Positions 17,608 through 27,530 of a stretch of 64,000 nucleotides of DNA are shown here, one piece after another; within the stretch, counting starts at the first letter, position 1; every line of letters starts with the position of its first letter. A program made the position numbers and the translations under genes. Below the pieces are notes generated by a model. The model ran no database searches and had not been told where the DNA came from. It was given only the letters and a program-made list of their open reading frames with translations. Source of the DNA: an uncultured Methanosarcinales archaeon (GTDB taxonomy: Archaea; Nanobdellota; Nanobdellia; Woesearchaeales; DSVV01); contig CAYMIF010000002.1 in NCBI GenBank assembly GCA_964390375.1, positions 4,191 to 68,190 on the forward strand, read 5' to 3'.

Positions 17608-19302
17608 TCAATTATGCCCATACCAGAATTTATAACCCTGCCCATCTGCAGAGTCCAGCCTGCAGAACCCGAATCTCTCGAACTGTATCACGTCCCCTTC
17701 TTTGAGCATATTGACGTTCTTTTCGCATATGCCCAAGATCCTTCTGCAGTCAGGCATCATGACCTCGCATGGCTCACTCTCGTTGTACGGCAGCCAGTGG
17801 ATGATTCTCTTGCCCCGTTTTCGAAACTCATCCACCTCAAGGGAATCAAACAAGAACCCATCGCCTTTCTTTACTGCATTGCAGCAGTCCATGAGCCTGA
17901 AAAGTTCGCCTTCTTTTATTTCTGACATGTCTGACTTGGATACATAGAATCTCTCATCCAAAGAGAATTTTCTTCCTCCTTTGTGCAGGTGCGGATGCAG
18001 GTTTAGCTCCACCTCTCGCTGAGGTGCGCCTTCAACCTTTATCTCTTCGGGTTCGCCTATAAAAAAGAACCTCAATGCCTTTGCGTCCAGAAGCTTCCTG
18101 TTTATGGCAGCGATCACTGAGAAATCAAGATTGGATGTGGTCTTGGACATGCCCACGACCTTAGCGAGCTCATAGAATGCCTCCTTGACTATCCCTCTTC
18201 GTTTCAGCGCGCGCAGTGTCACAAGTCTCGGGTCATCCCAGCCGATATACTTTCCTGACTCGATAAGTTCCCTGATCTCTCTGCCTTTAGTTACTGCGCC
18301 TGTGATGTTGAATCTCGCATACTGCCGGACATGAGGATTAGGTAGTCCAAAAAGCCCTCTTATATGGTCCTGAAGCTCGATTCTGGTCTGGAACTCATTG
18401 CTGCGGAGTACGTGGGTGATGCCCAGAAGGCCTTCTTCAATAGCGTTCTCAAAATCATACATCGGCCAGACATTGTATTTCTCGCCTTGCCTGTAATGCG
18501 GGGAATAGCAGAGCCGAAATATTACAGGGTCCCGCATGACTGCGTTCTTATGCTGCATTGATATCTTAAGTCTCAGTGTGATTGACCCTGTCTCGGGCTC
18601 TCCTTTTTTCATCCTTTCCCATTCAGAGAGGACAACGTCTGATGATTTTTTCCTGCAAGAGCATTCTTTCATCTCCCTTCTTTTTTTCGAGATATCAGAG
18701 CTGTCACACGTGCAGGTGTATGCCCGGCCCTCGCTGATAAGCTTGTTTGCATATTCATAATATTTCTCCATGTGATCAGACACAAAGACTATATCTGATG
18801 GTTTTATGTCAAGATATTTCAGCACGTCCTCCCCCATCGCATCTACGTATTCCTGTGCAGACTTCTCAGGATTAGTATCCTCGAACCGAAGTATGCATCT
18901 GCCATCGTATTTGTTTGCATACATATAATTCAGAAGAAAGCTCATAGCATGCCCAAGGTGATTATATTTGGACGGCTCCGGAGCGATTCTTGTCACGACC
19001 TTGCCCTGCTCTGCGTCCTTTAGTGGGGGGAGCTCCTGCCTCTCTTCCTTTCTCTTCTCCGCAAGTTCCTTCTGCTGGTCAAAGTAATCCGGCTCAAGCT
19101 CAAGCAGCTTCTGTTTTTGCTCATCAGGGCTCATGGAATTGACCTTCTTTATGGTATCCATGACCTTGCTGCGCACTTCTGCCATCTCTTTCTTTGCCTC
19201 CGGAAACTCAGATAATATCTTTCCTATAACTGCCCCTGGATTTGCCTTTCCAGAGAACTTAAAGGCGTTTGCTAAAGCGTATTTTTCTATCTTCTCTTCC
19301 AT
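17608..19302 (-). CDS. gltX: glutamyl-tRNA synthetase (archaeal type, class I)
   Basis: HIGH motif as HLGHAMSF and a KMSKS-like VVGMSKT. The N-terminal GatB/YqeY-like extension and ~560 aa length fit archaeal GluRS. Confidence 0.85.
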   Translation of the reverse strand: MEEKIEKYALANAFKFSGKANPGAVIGKILSEFPEAKKEMAEVRSKVMDTIKKVNSMSPDEQKQKLLELEPDYFDQQKELAEKRKEERQELPPLKDAEQGKVVTRIAPEPSKYNHLGHAMSFLLNYMYANKYDGRCILRFEDTNPEKSAQEYVDAMGEDVLKYLDIKPSDIVFVSDHMEKYYEYANKLISEGRAYTCTCDSSDISKKRREMKECSCRKKSSDVVLSEWERMKKGEPETGSITLRLKISMQHKNAVMRDPVIFRLCYSPHYRQGEKYNVWPMYDFENAIEEGLLGITHVLRSNEFQTRIELQDHIRGLFGLPNPHVRQYARFNITGAVTKGREIRELIESGKYIGWDDPRLVTLRALKRRGIVKEAFYELAKVVGMSKTTSNLDFSVIAAINRKLLDAKALRFFFIGEPEEIKVEGAPQREVELNLHPHLHKGGRKFSLDERFYVSKSDMSEIKEGELFRLMDCCNAVKKGDGFLFDSLEVDEFRKRGKRIIHWLPYNESEPCEVMMPDCRRILGICEKNVNMLKEGDVIQFERFGFCRLDSADGQGYKFWYGHN

Positions 19303-22300
19303 CAGAAAAACCTTTCCATCTCTTGTTCTACCTTGTTTTCTTTCTTTTTCTTCTTGATTATCGTAAACACCGGAACTATCAGGACGATGATGAGGATCAT
19401 GAGCACAAATACAAGTATGGTCTTGACTGCAGACCCGCCTTTCTCTTTATCGATTTCCTCTGCGACTGCAGACGCTGCCTGTCCAGAGAGATCAGATGCT
19501 GGCTCCTCCTCCCTGGTTATGGTCCTTGTCCTTTCTGCTGAAGAGGAAAGCTCAGACTCTTCAGCCACGATGACAAAATTCCCTAGCTTTTCAGAATCGA
19601 TCTTATATGTAGCGTGTCTTGAATCTTCGCTTATCAGTGAAATCCCTACCTCTTTCCACTCCTCGTCATCCAGCATATAAGCCCTGATGCTGTCTAGGTC
19701 TGAATGGCTGTTCTCGATCCATCTTTTGTTGACATTCAAAGAGAACTCTACATCTAGGACCAAATCGTCGCTGATCTCATCTGCGCTCAGCTCGATATAA
19801 TTATATACTGATGAGCCGGGCTTCATGTAGAATACATCACCATCTGGTTCTTCAGACACAGAGATTTCCACATAAGGGTTTTTCATTGTCTCAGACAGCT
19901 TTATATCGACACTGTCTATTGAATATTCGTCTGGCCTGACAGTGATTTTGTCTGTGTACTCAGGCATGACCATCTTGTCATCGTAGCTTTTCGTGTCTAC
20001 CTTGACATCCCTCCTTGGAGCGAAGTTTGATGGGCCGCCTGAACTTGAACCGGAGCTTCTGCTCGAGCCTGAGTTATCATCCTCATCTTCTTCCTCTTCA
20101 TCGACCGGAGCGGTGATTTGGCACGCGCCGCAGTCTTCCTCGCATGTGTTGCAGTCTTCAGAAGAATCGCAGTTGCCGTCTCCGCAGAAAGGCAGTTCTG
20201 CGCCTGTGTCTACGACAAAACTATGTTCATCAGACACTGTCTCTGCCCCGGACATGTCTTCAGAGATGACCTTCCAGTGATACCTTGTGTTGTCAGCTAG
20301 GCTAAGTGTTTTTGAACTCGCTGCAATCTCCTGCTCGTACACGGTTGAGCTTTCATTTCTGACGATCAGTCTGGTGGTCACAGAATCACCTGCATCAATG
20401 TCTGAGCCAGGCATCCACGAGAAATACACTGTTGTGCTGTTTCTCACCGAATTGTCTGATGGCTGTGAAAGTGATGGTTTGGTCGGTGGATCGTTCACAT
20501 TCGTGACAGTCAGCCTGAACGTGTCTGTCGCTGTATTCATTCCATCGCTGATGGTTATTGTTATGTCATGTGAGCCGACCTTGTTGTTGCTCGGGACAAA
20601 TGAGATCATCCCAGAATCCCTGTTTATGTTGAACAGGTTCGTGTTGTCGCTGAACACGACATTATCTCCGTCATCATCAACTGCATTGATGTCATATGTG
20701 AACTGGCTATCTTCTGCCGCTGTCTTGTCTGTCAGCGGTGGTGAGAAATAAGGCGCAGATCCTGCATCAATCTCTCCTGCTATTCTGATTTTCGCGTCTC
20801 CAGATATTCCGCTGATTAAGACGAGTTTGTTTGAGTAGCCGAAGCTCTTGCTGGCTCCGTTTACATATACTTTTGAGGGTTCTGTCTCAGAATATATCTG
20901 GACATTCGTGGAGGAACCTGCACTGATCTTTGCTTCTTTGTAGCCTTCTCTTTGCCTGAGTATTCCTGACGCTTCCTTATTGAACAACATCAGGTTTTGT
21001 CCATTGTAGCTCATTTCTGTTCCGTATGAGACACCGAACATATCATATCTTCCAGTATGTAGATTGGTGCGGAGCATGCACTGCATTCCATTGCACGTAA
21101 CCCCTTCTCCTGCAAAGCTTCCGCTCTCTGTGGTCCTGATGATCACGATGTCCTGATATTCATCTGTCTGGATTCTTGCGCCGTTGTGATTTGCGCCAGA
21201 TATTTTTGTGACTTCCTTGGCATTTTCAAACCCTCCGGTATTTGGGATGTCCAGTTCATCATCTCCATAGTTTGCGACAGATAATATAACTATCTTACCC
21301 TCGACATCAGAGCCGATGATAATCTCTTTATTTTCATCGTCATCCAGATATCCTGTTGCGATACCTGAGAATGAATCTCCGAATTCTCTGTTCTCCAATT
21401 CCTTTCTGTAGTTACTATAGCCAAGGTCATAGATCTCGACCATTGACCACACTGACTGTGACCCTGTCTTGATTATATCCAGCCTTCCTGAACCATCGAC
21501 ATCAGCAAGTTCGATATTAGTAAGAGCATAGGAGCTTATCTCCCCTTCCTTTGATATCGAGCTGCCGTCATATTGATAGATCTCCTCATCGCAGGTTATC
21601 TCAAGATAATCGTCGAAATCAAGATTGCCGGTCTTAATATTATTGCATGCAACGCTTGCCTGCCTCTCTATTCCCAGATCAGTATTGATCACCCTTATCC
21701 TTGAGTCAGATGCAAGCACGATCTCCACAGCGCCGTCCTGGTCAACATCTCCTACATCAAGGTCATTTATCCCTTCTCCCAGGTCAGATGATTTTATAAC
21801 ATTATATCCTCCCTGCGAGAAGTCGATTATCTTTACATATCCTGAATTATCTCCTATCACGATTTCAGGAACTGTATCGTGATCAATGTCTTCCACAGCG
21901 ATGCCTTTGACTATCATCCTTCCAGGATTGAGAGTCGCCTCATGTATATACTGCGATCCGGAATAACCTACGATATTGATCTGGTTATTATCATTTACTG
22001 GGCAAATGATTTCATTGTATCCGTCGTTGTCTATATCGCCTGCAGCGATTTTCGGACCAGTACAGATATCTCCCTGTGTGATTGTTGTGTAATCCCCTCC
22101 GCTGTAGTCGATTATCCGAAGGCCGTTCCTGTTCACAGCGATCTCATCTCTTCCGTCGGAATCAAAGTCCCCTGTTGTGATTGTCTTTGAGCCGCTCATA
22201 CTTTTCTCGACTGTCAGTCCTGATGCCCTGCCGGACGTTTGGATGTCCAGCACTGACAGGAATCTGGCAGAGGTCTTGGCGCCGTTCTGAAATATCTCCA

Positions 22301-25190
22301 TATATGGGCCCGTGACTGGGTCGGATAGCAGGTCATGGCCGTTCCAGCTTGTCTTCACATTGTAGTTGAAATCAGCCGGCTCCAGCACGTTGTATATGAC
22401 TTCGCCTCTGTATCCTGAAGATTGAAGCTTGATCTTGTTTTCTTGTTTTTCGAACCTCTCGGATACTGGTTCGCTTCCCCCCCTCAGATGGTGAAGAATC
22501 TTAAGATCTCTTGCGTTTCCGTCAGTCTTGATGTCATCGAAGACCACCAGATAATCCGGCTTGACAAATACAAGGTGCCTGTCGAACCTTTCGAGCTCAG
22601 GGTCTCCGTTTTCATGATATGGTTCTTTTGCATCCCCTACGATATAATCAAAAAAGTCGGATCCAAAATATGCTTCATTATAGCAGTGGGGACTTCCTGA
22701 ATAAAGCTTTTGGCTGTCTTCGTCATTGTCTACTATAAGAGTGTTATGTCCGATAGTGCTTGCCTTATAAGATGCAGTGCTTCCGAGATGCTTTCCCTGG
22801 TCTGATGCCAGCCAGTCGCCTCCAACATTCAGGATGTAGTGGTTGCAGTCATTTTGGCTTCCGTGGTTGACATCGTCGTGGTCATCTTTCATGCCTAGTA
22901 GTATATCATAGCTCCTCCAGCCAGATCTTGAAAACTGCCATGATACATCTCTAAAATTCCTGGAATATGGTAGGGTGCTGAAATCTTCATGGTCGCTGTC
23001 TTTTTCATACCAAACAAAATCAAGAACATTTGTTCCGACATTGTTCTCTTTCAGCACGTTTCCGGATATTGTATTTTCGTTCTGGCTTGAGAGATAGTTG
23101 GCAAGATGTGAGAAGGAATGTTTTGTGCTGTATAGCGTCTCTCCGAAATTGGCATTCCCGCCTCCGTCTGGAGTTGTCTGGTACACAGAAAAAAGTTGAA
23201 GGTTGTTCAGTCTTTCGTGGTCTGAATAATCGAAGTTCATGACATTCTTCAGCCCATATACTGGCGGCAGGAGCCAGTTTATTGAGCTGGTGCCGTATTG
23301 GAGTCCTTCACGCCATCCTCCATTCTCTCCTATATTGTCTAAAATGTCTTCTACAAGAAGCCTTCCTGTCTCTCCCCATTCCGAAGAATGTTCGTCCTCG
23401 TTATAGACTGCAAGGGCAGGAATCAGGAATCCTCCTACATAATTCACATGGAAATTATTGTTTCTCTTAGCACTCGAGACAGAGAAATATCCCTCTCTGT
23501 CCTTTGCATCGCTATATAGCGGGATTATGCACTTGTCAATCAACGCCTGCCTGATTTCGCCTTGCTTCTGTTCAGAGAATTCCAAAAAAAGCATGTCATA
23601 TGCATAAGCCATTCCCCTGCATATAGATTTGTGGCCAAAATAATAGGTTCCTTCCCAGTTTTCCCACGAGAGGATTGTGTTCACGGAGCTTTTTGCAGGA
23701 GTAAGATATTTGTCGTCTTCTGTCATGACATAAGCGAATGAGAGAGTAAGTAACCTCTCTTCCTCATCCCTCATGCTGTATTCATCATATGAAGGATTTC
23801 CCTGATTAGCATATGAATCTGCTTTGTTTTTTATATCATTCCATATTTCGTTTGGAGATGTACCTAGGTTCCCCTGATCTGTGTCTGTTGTCTTCTGCTT
23901 GAGAGTATTGATTTGCCCTGCACTGAAGAAAAGCTTTGGATGGATATAGAACATAGGAGAATAATCCCTTGTCATGATTGTCGCATGGTTCTTATGTGAT
24001 TTGGTGAAATCGTCCATGGTATTTGCAGCATAAGAACTGGTTTTTCCTGCAATATTCCTGAAGAAAAAATAATAGTCTGCTCCATTGACATTGGACTGCC
24101 ACATATAGATTAGGTCTTCTCCATTATAGTTGTTGTATGTATGGAAATCAGTTTCAGGAATGCCATGGTCCAGTATGCATCCGCCGAAGAAATCTTTCGA
24201 GCCAGTGTCAATGACAGAGAACCATCCATGAGATACATGACCGGAGTTGCTTGCTCCGGAACCAAAAGACCAGGATTGGCTGTCTGTATCTGTCCAGAAA
24301 CTGTCTCCGTCCAGAGAGTCCCCGCCGACATTGACAAGCAGGTATTTGTAATCGTTCATGTTATGTATATCATTTATCTGCAGGAAATTCTCATGGTAGA
24401 TTGTATTTGTGACGCTTTTTGAACCTGATGAAAAATCAATCACTATTCGCACAGGACCTGCAGCCCTGACTGTTGGGCTCAGGCTTCCTCCATCATCAAA
24501 TATTCTGAATTCCTCGATCTGTTCCCTGCCCGAGACCTTTACAGATGTAGGCTGACCGTCCTTGAGCTTTATTATTGTGCTGTCGCCTGCATCGATAGTG
24601 AATTCTTCTGTTGCCTGATTGAATGAATAGCTGAGTCCCTGATAATTAGGTGGTTGATGAGGATTGTCGATAGTGTCAAAATATATATAGAAGTATCTGA
24701 TAGAATTTTGGCTGGTTTCCCCGTCCATTATCCAGACCACCTTGCCTTTTGCATTTGTGTCTGGATCGAAGTCCTCATCAGGCTCAAATTGGGAAGGCAG
24801 TCCAAGATTTGCATCTCCTGCATCGAAAACATATCCTACAGGGTCGTGCTCAATGACCCTGACGGAGTTTAAATCAAACCCCTGGTTTGAGCCAAGCCTT
24901 TGCAGTTCTTCAGTGAAATCGACATCTAGCTCAATAGGATAATCATTCCTGTCAACGCCTCCTGATGACACATTGACAGATATCCTGTACCTGTAATCGT
25001 CATTCCACCATGTCTCATTATAGGGATAATATGCCATATAGCCGGTTATTCCTACAGCATTCTCTTTTCCGAGCATACCTATGATGAAAGATAGCCCGAA
25101 GATTGCGCAGATCAAGGTCATGGCAAGGTAGACTATTACTAGGTTTTTCTTGGTCTCTTGCATTTTCCAAAGACTGATTCTGTATATCAT
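19302..25190 (-). CDS. giant (1962 aa) cell-surface protein: N-terminal signal-anchor, heparinase II/III-like (polysaccharide lyase-like) region, FG-GAP/VCBS beta-propeller repeats, cadherin-like and FN3-like domains, Cys-rich module, acidic linker, C-terminal TM anchor with poly-Lys tail
   Basis: FG-GAP repeats such as DFDSDGRDEIAV, GDIDNDGYNEIICP and GDVDQDGAVEIVLAS. Cadherin-like DDDGDNVVFSDNTNLFNINRDSGMISFVP...ITITISDG. Heparinase_II_III-like block ...GGDWLASDQGKH...GHNTLIVDNDED...LVVFDDIKTDG. C-terminus KTILVFVLMILIIVLIVPVFTIIKKKKKENK. Confidence 0.7.
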   Translation of the reverse strand: MIYRISLWKMQETKKNLVIVYLAMTLICAIFGLSFIIGMLGKENAVGITGYMAYYPYNETWWNDDYRYRISVNVSSGGVDRNDYPIELDVDFTEELQRLGSNQGFDLNSVRVIEHDPVGYVFDAGDANLGLPSQFEPDEDFDPDTNAKGKVVWIMDGETSQNSIRYFYIYFDTIDNPHQPPNYQGLSYSFNQATEEFTIDAGDSTIIKLKDGQPTSVKVSGREQIEEFRIFDDGGSLSPTVRAAGPVRIVIDFSSGSKSVTNTIYHENFLQINDIHNMNDYKYLLVNVGGDSLDGDSFWTDTDSQSWSFGSGASNSGHVSHGWFSVIDTGSKDFFGGCILDHGIPETDFHTYNNYNGEDLIYMWQSNVNGADYYFFFRNIAGKTSSYAANTMDDFTKSHKNHATIMTRDYSPMFYIHPKLFFSAGQINTLKQKTTDTDQGNLGTSPNEIWNDIKNKADSYANQGNPSYDEYSMRDEEERLLTLSFAYVMTEDDKYLTPAKSSVNTILSWENWEGTYYFGHKSICRGMAYAYDMLFLEFSEQKQGEIRQALIDKCIIPLYSDAKDREGYFSVSSAKRNNNFHVNYVGGFLIPALAVYNEDEHSSEWGETGRLLVEDILDNIGENGGWREGLQYGTSSINWLLPPVYGLKNVMNFDYSDHERLNNLQLFSVYQTTPDGGGNANFGETLYSTKHSFSHLANYLSSQNENTISGNVLKENNVGTNVLDFVWYEKDSDHEDFSTLPYSRNFRDVSWQFSRSGWRSYDILLGMKDDHDDVNHGSQNDCNHYILNVGGDWLASDQGKHLGSTASYKASTIGHNTLIVDNDEDSQKLYSGSPHCYNEAYFGSDFFDYIVGDAKEPYHENGDPELERFDRHLVFVKPDYLVVFDDIKTDGNARDLKILHHLRGGSEPVSERFEKQENKIKLQSSGYRGEVIYNVLEPADFNYNVKTSWNGHDLLSDPVTGPYMEIFQNGAKTSARFLSVLDIQTSGRASGLTVEKSMSGSKTITTGDFDSDGRDEIAVNRNGLRIIDYSGGDYTTITQGDICTGPKIAAGDIDNDGYNEIICPVNDNNQINIVGYSGSQYIHEATLNPGRMIVKGIAVEDIDHDTVPEIVIGDNSGYVKIIDFSQGGYNVIKSSDLGEGINDLDVGDVDQDGAVEIVLASDSRIRVINTDLGIERQASVACNNIKTGNLDFDDYLEITCDEEIYQYDGSSISKEGEISSYALTNIELADVDGSGRLDIIKTGSQSVWSMVEIYDLGYSNYRKELENREFGDSFSGIATGYLDDDENKEIIIGSDVEGKIVILSVANYGDDELDIPNTGGFENAKEVTKISGANHNGARIQTDEYQDIVIIRTTESGSFAGEGVTCNGMQCMLRTNLHTGRYDMFGVSYGTEMSYNGQNLMLFNKEASGILRQREGYKEAKISAGSSTNVQIYSETEPSKVYVNGASKSFGYSNKLVLISGISGDAKIRIAGEIDAGSAPYFSPPLTDKTAAEDSQFTYDINAVDDDGDNVVFSDNTNLFNINRDSGMISFVPSNNKVGSHDITITISDGMNTATDTFRLTVTNVNDPPTKPSLSQPSDNSVRNSTTVYFSWMPGSDIDAGDSVTTRLIVRNESSTVYEQEIAASSKTLSLADNTRYHWKVISEDMSGAETVSDEHSFVVDTGAELPFCGDGNCDSSEDCNTCEEDCGACQITAPVDEEEEDEDDNSGSSRSSGSSSGGPSNFAPRRDVKVDTKSYDDKMVMPEYTDKITVRPDEYSIDSVDIKLSETMKNPYVEISVSEEPDGDVFYMKPGSSVYNYIELSADEISDDLVLDVEFSLNVNKRWIENSHSDLDSIRAYMLDDEEWKEVGISLISEDSRHATYKIDSEKLGNFVIVAEESELSSSAERTRTITREEEPASDLSGQAASAVAEEIDKEKGGSAVKTILVFVLMILIIVLIVPVFTIIKKKKKENKVEQEMERFF

Positions 25191-25442
25191 TCTTAATATA
25201 AAAAACCATTTATAAATGCTTTGCTGAAAAAGTCTACAAATCCTGTTGAAAGAAACATTTTATTGTAGTCTGGCATTATAATACGATTTAAGTTCTCTTC
25301 CTACCCCTTTTTTGAGCAAGTCTTAGCTCCATTAAAATATATTACCATTCATAAATTTTTTGATTTTTGAAATTCTGGCATTTCAAGGCTTCTGGGTCAT
25401 TTTGGTAACTTTTTTAAACATTCAAGATATTTTCACAATCAC

Positions 25443-27530
25443 ATGGCAGAAAAGCAGGTAATTAGGAACCTTGTATCCAGGAAGAGAAGCCTTCAGAGGA
25501 TAATTGACCGAAAGAAGCTTTCCAGGAAGGAAAAGGGATTGATATTAGGAGAATTCTTAGAGATTTCTGCTTTTCTTGATAAATACAGGGAGGAAATAGA
25601 GGGATTATCTAAAAAAAAGATACAAGATTATCTGAGAGCCAGGAAAAGATCATTGCATGGCTCAAAAAATCATAAAGACATAGGCGCTCTGAATGCCCTG
25701 GATTATATCAGGAACCAGATTCAGTTGGAGAAATCAGGAAATGATGAAGAGGTAGTAAAAATAATGAGTCAGGAGGAGACAAAGGATCGTTTTTTCAGGC
25801 TTAAGTCTATGTTTGCACGGTTTCACAGGAAAGAATTCGGTGAGAAAAGTCCGGTTTTCAAGAAAAGACTGACTGTTTCAAAAAAACAGATAATCTTTCT
25901 TTTCCTGATACTAATCTCCTTGAACATCCTCATCCGGCTGCCAAATTTTCCGCATGAATACGGTGTCGACAGCTTCTTCATCCATTATCATTCTCAGGAT
26001 ATCATCGAAAAAGGATACGCAGAATGGGTCCAGCATCCTGCATCATTGATAGGTGTTTATCCGATAAACATATCATATCCTGCATTTGTGCCGTACCTTC
26101 TTGCTTATCTGTCTCAGATGACTGGTATTGGTCTTGAGTTCATAATACTTATTCAGTCCATACTGATTGGTATATTGGGAAGCATCACTTCATTTATGTT
26201 TGCAAAGGAGTTCTCTAAGAGTGATTTGGTGGGTTTCTTCTGCGCTTTCTCATTCTCATTATCTCCGATATTTTTGAAGTTCACTATGTGGACTACATCA
26301 TCTCGTGCTCTTTTTGTGGCCTTAATGCCGTTGGTTCTTTATTTTCTAATACGTTTTGAAAACACAAGGCAGTGGAGATATCTTATGTTTTTCTTCATAT
26401 TCGCAGCAGTCGAGGCGATGACTCACCGTCTGTTCCTGTTCATAGTGGTATTTCTTATCCCTTCATATGTTCTGGCCAAGCTTTTTATTGCGATAAGGAA
26501 CAGGATATCTCATTTTTTTGTGCGCCAGCTCTACATCTATCTATTCCTGATTATGATCTTCCTGTTCTTCATTCAGTTCTCCAACATAAGTTTCTTCGCA
26601 GACCAGCAGTATGATTATGCTTCAGGATATTTTTTCGATCAGGCAGAGGACGGGACATTCGAGCGAAGCTCGGCAAATCCTTTCCTTTTGTTCCTGAACC
26701 TTGTGATAGATTATGCATCAAGGCTTGGTATAATGTCGATATTCATGCTTATTGGTTTGTTCATACTGATCTCCAAGATGAAGAACCTTAATTTCACTTT
26801 CAACGACCTATTCCTCTTGTTCTTCATAACCATAGGAATTACCCTTTTCATCAAGGGCAAGTATATCAACATGTTCTATCTGATAATATTCTCTCTTCTG
26901 TCCGGGATAGGTTTTGAGAAGCTCATCATATATCTCTATCACAAGAAAAGTTTTTATGCAAAAGCCGTGCCATTATTGATAGTGGTAGTCCTGACATCTT
27001 CATTGATTTTCACGATCTTCATGTTTCAGCACTGGCTCGGTGTAAGTATCGATGAAGGCGAAGGCATGAGCTATCCCTGGAAGCAGGAGCGGACAGTAAG
27101 GGGATATAACTATCTTGATACAATCAATCAGCAGGACCTTTTGATACAAATATCCGAGAATCCGTTGAGTTATCATTTCTTCTCGATGTCAACATTGAAT
27201 GAATTTCTTCCAAAGGAAATTGATTATGAAAATTTGGATGCGGAAATTGAATTTGACCTTTCATCTAAGCTTCCATTCTACTACACCATTTCAAATCCAG
27301 AAGAGTCTATAAGAGTAAAGGAAGGAGTTCATCAAAGATGGGGTTTGATACAGGCAGACCCCCGGGATTACAGGTTGGATAGCAGAATCAATTCCCTGGG
27401 TCTTGGTTATATCTATATGAATCCTGAAAACAACAGGTATTATAAGGGCTGGTCTTTTTACAATGAGCTCCCAAACTTCTATGACAAGATATATGACAAT
27501 TCGCACGAGCAGGCGTGGCAGATATATTAA
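25443..27530 (+). CDS. polytopic integral membrane protein (~12 TM) with soluble N- and C-terminal domains; possible GT-C-type glycosyltransferase / glycan polymerase, family not assignable
   Basis: Hydropathy pattern is readable from the sequence. It is divergently transcribed from the giant surface protein and adjacent to the flippase. No WWDYG (AglB) motif was found. Confidence 0.4.
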   Translation: MAEKQVIRNLVSRKRSLQRIIDRKKLSRKEKGLILGEFLEISAFLDKYREEIEGLSKKKIQDYLRARKRSLHGSKNHKDIGALNALDYIRNQIQLEKSGNDEEVVKIMSQEETKDRFFRLKSMFARFHRKEFGEKSPVFKKRLTVSKKQIIFLFLILISLNILIRLPNFPHEYGVDSFFIHYHSQDIIEKGYAEWVQHPASLIGVYPINISYPAFVPYLLAYLSQMTGIGLEFIILIQSILIGILGSITSFMFAKEFSKSDLVGFFCAFSFSLSPIFLKFTMWTTSSRALFVALMPLVLYFLIRFENTRQWRYLMFFFIFAAVEAMTHRLFLFIVVFLIPSYVLAKLFIAIRNRISHFFVRQLYIYLFLIMIFLFFIQFSNISFFADQQYDYASGYFFDQAEDGTFERSSANPFLLFLNLVIDYASRLGIMSIFMLIGLFILISKMKNLNFTFNDLFLLFFITIGITLFIKGKYINMFYLIIFSLLSGIGFEKLIIYLYHKKSFYAKAVPLLIVVVLTSSLIFTIFMFQHWLGVSIDEGEGMSYPWKQERTVRGYNYLDTINQQDLLIQISENPLSYHFFSMSTLNEFLPKEIDYENLDAEIEFDLSSKLPFYYTISNPEESIRVKEGVHQRWGLIQADPRDYRLDSRINSLGLGYIYMNPENNRYYKGWSFYNELPNFYDKIYDNSHEQAWQIY

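Noticed and set aside
19333-22700. Multiple 60-154 aa plus-strand ORFs inside the giant surface-protein gene
   Set aside because: They are antisense to a single continuous 1962-aa ORF with repeated domain signatures and are typical spurious frames.
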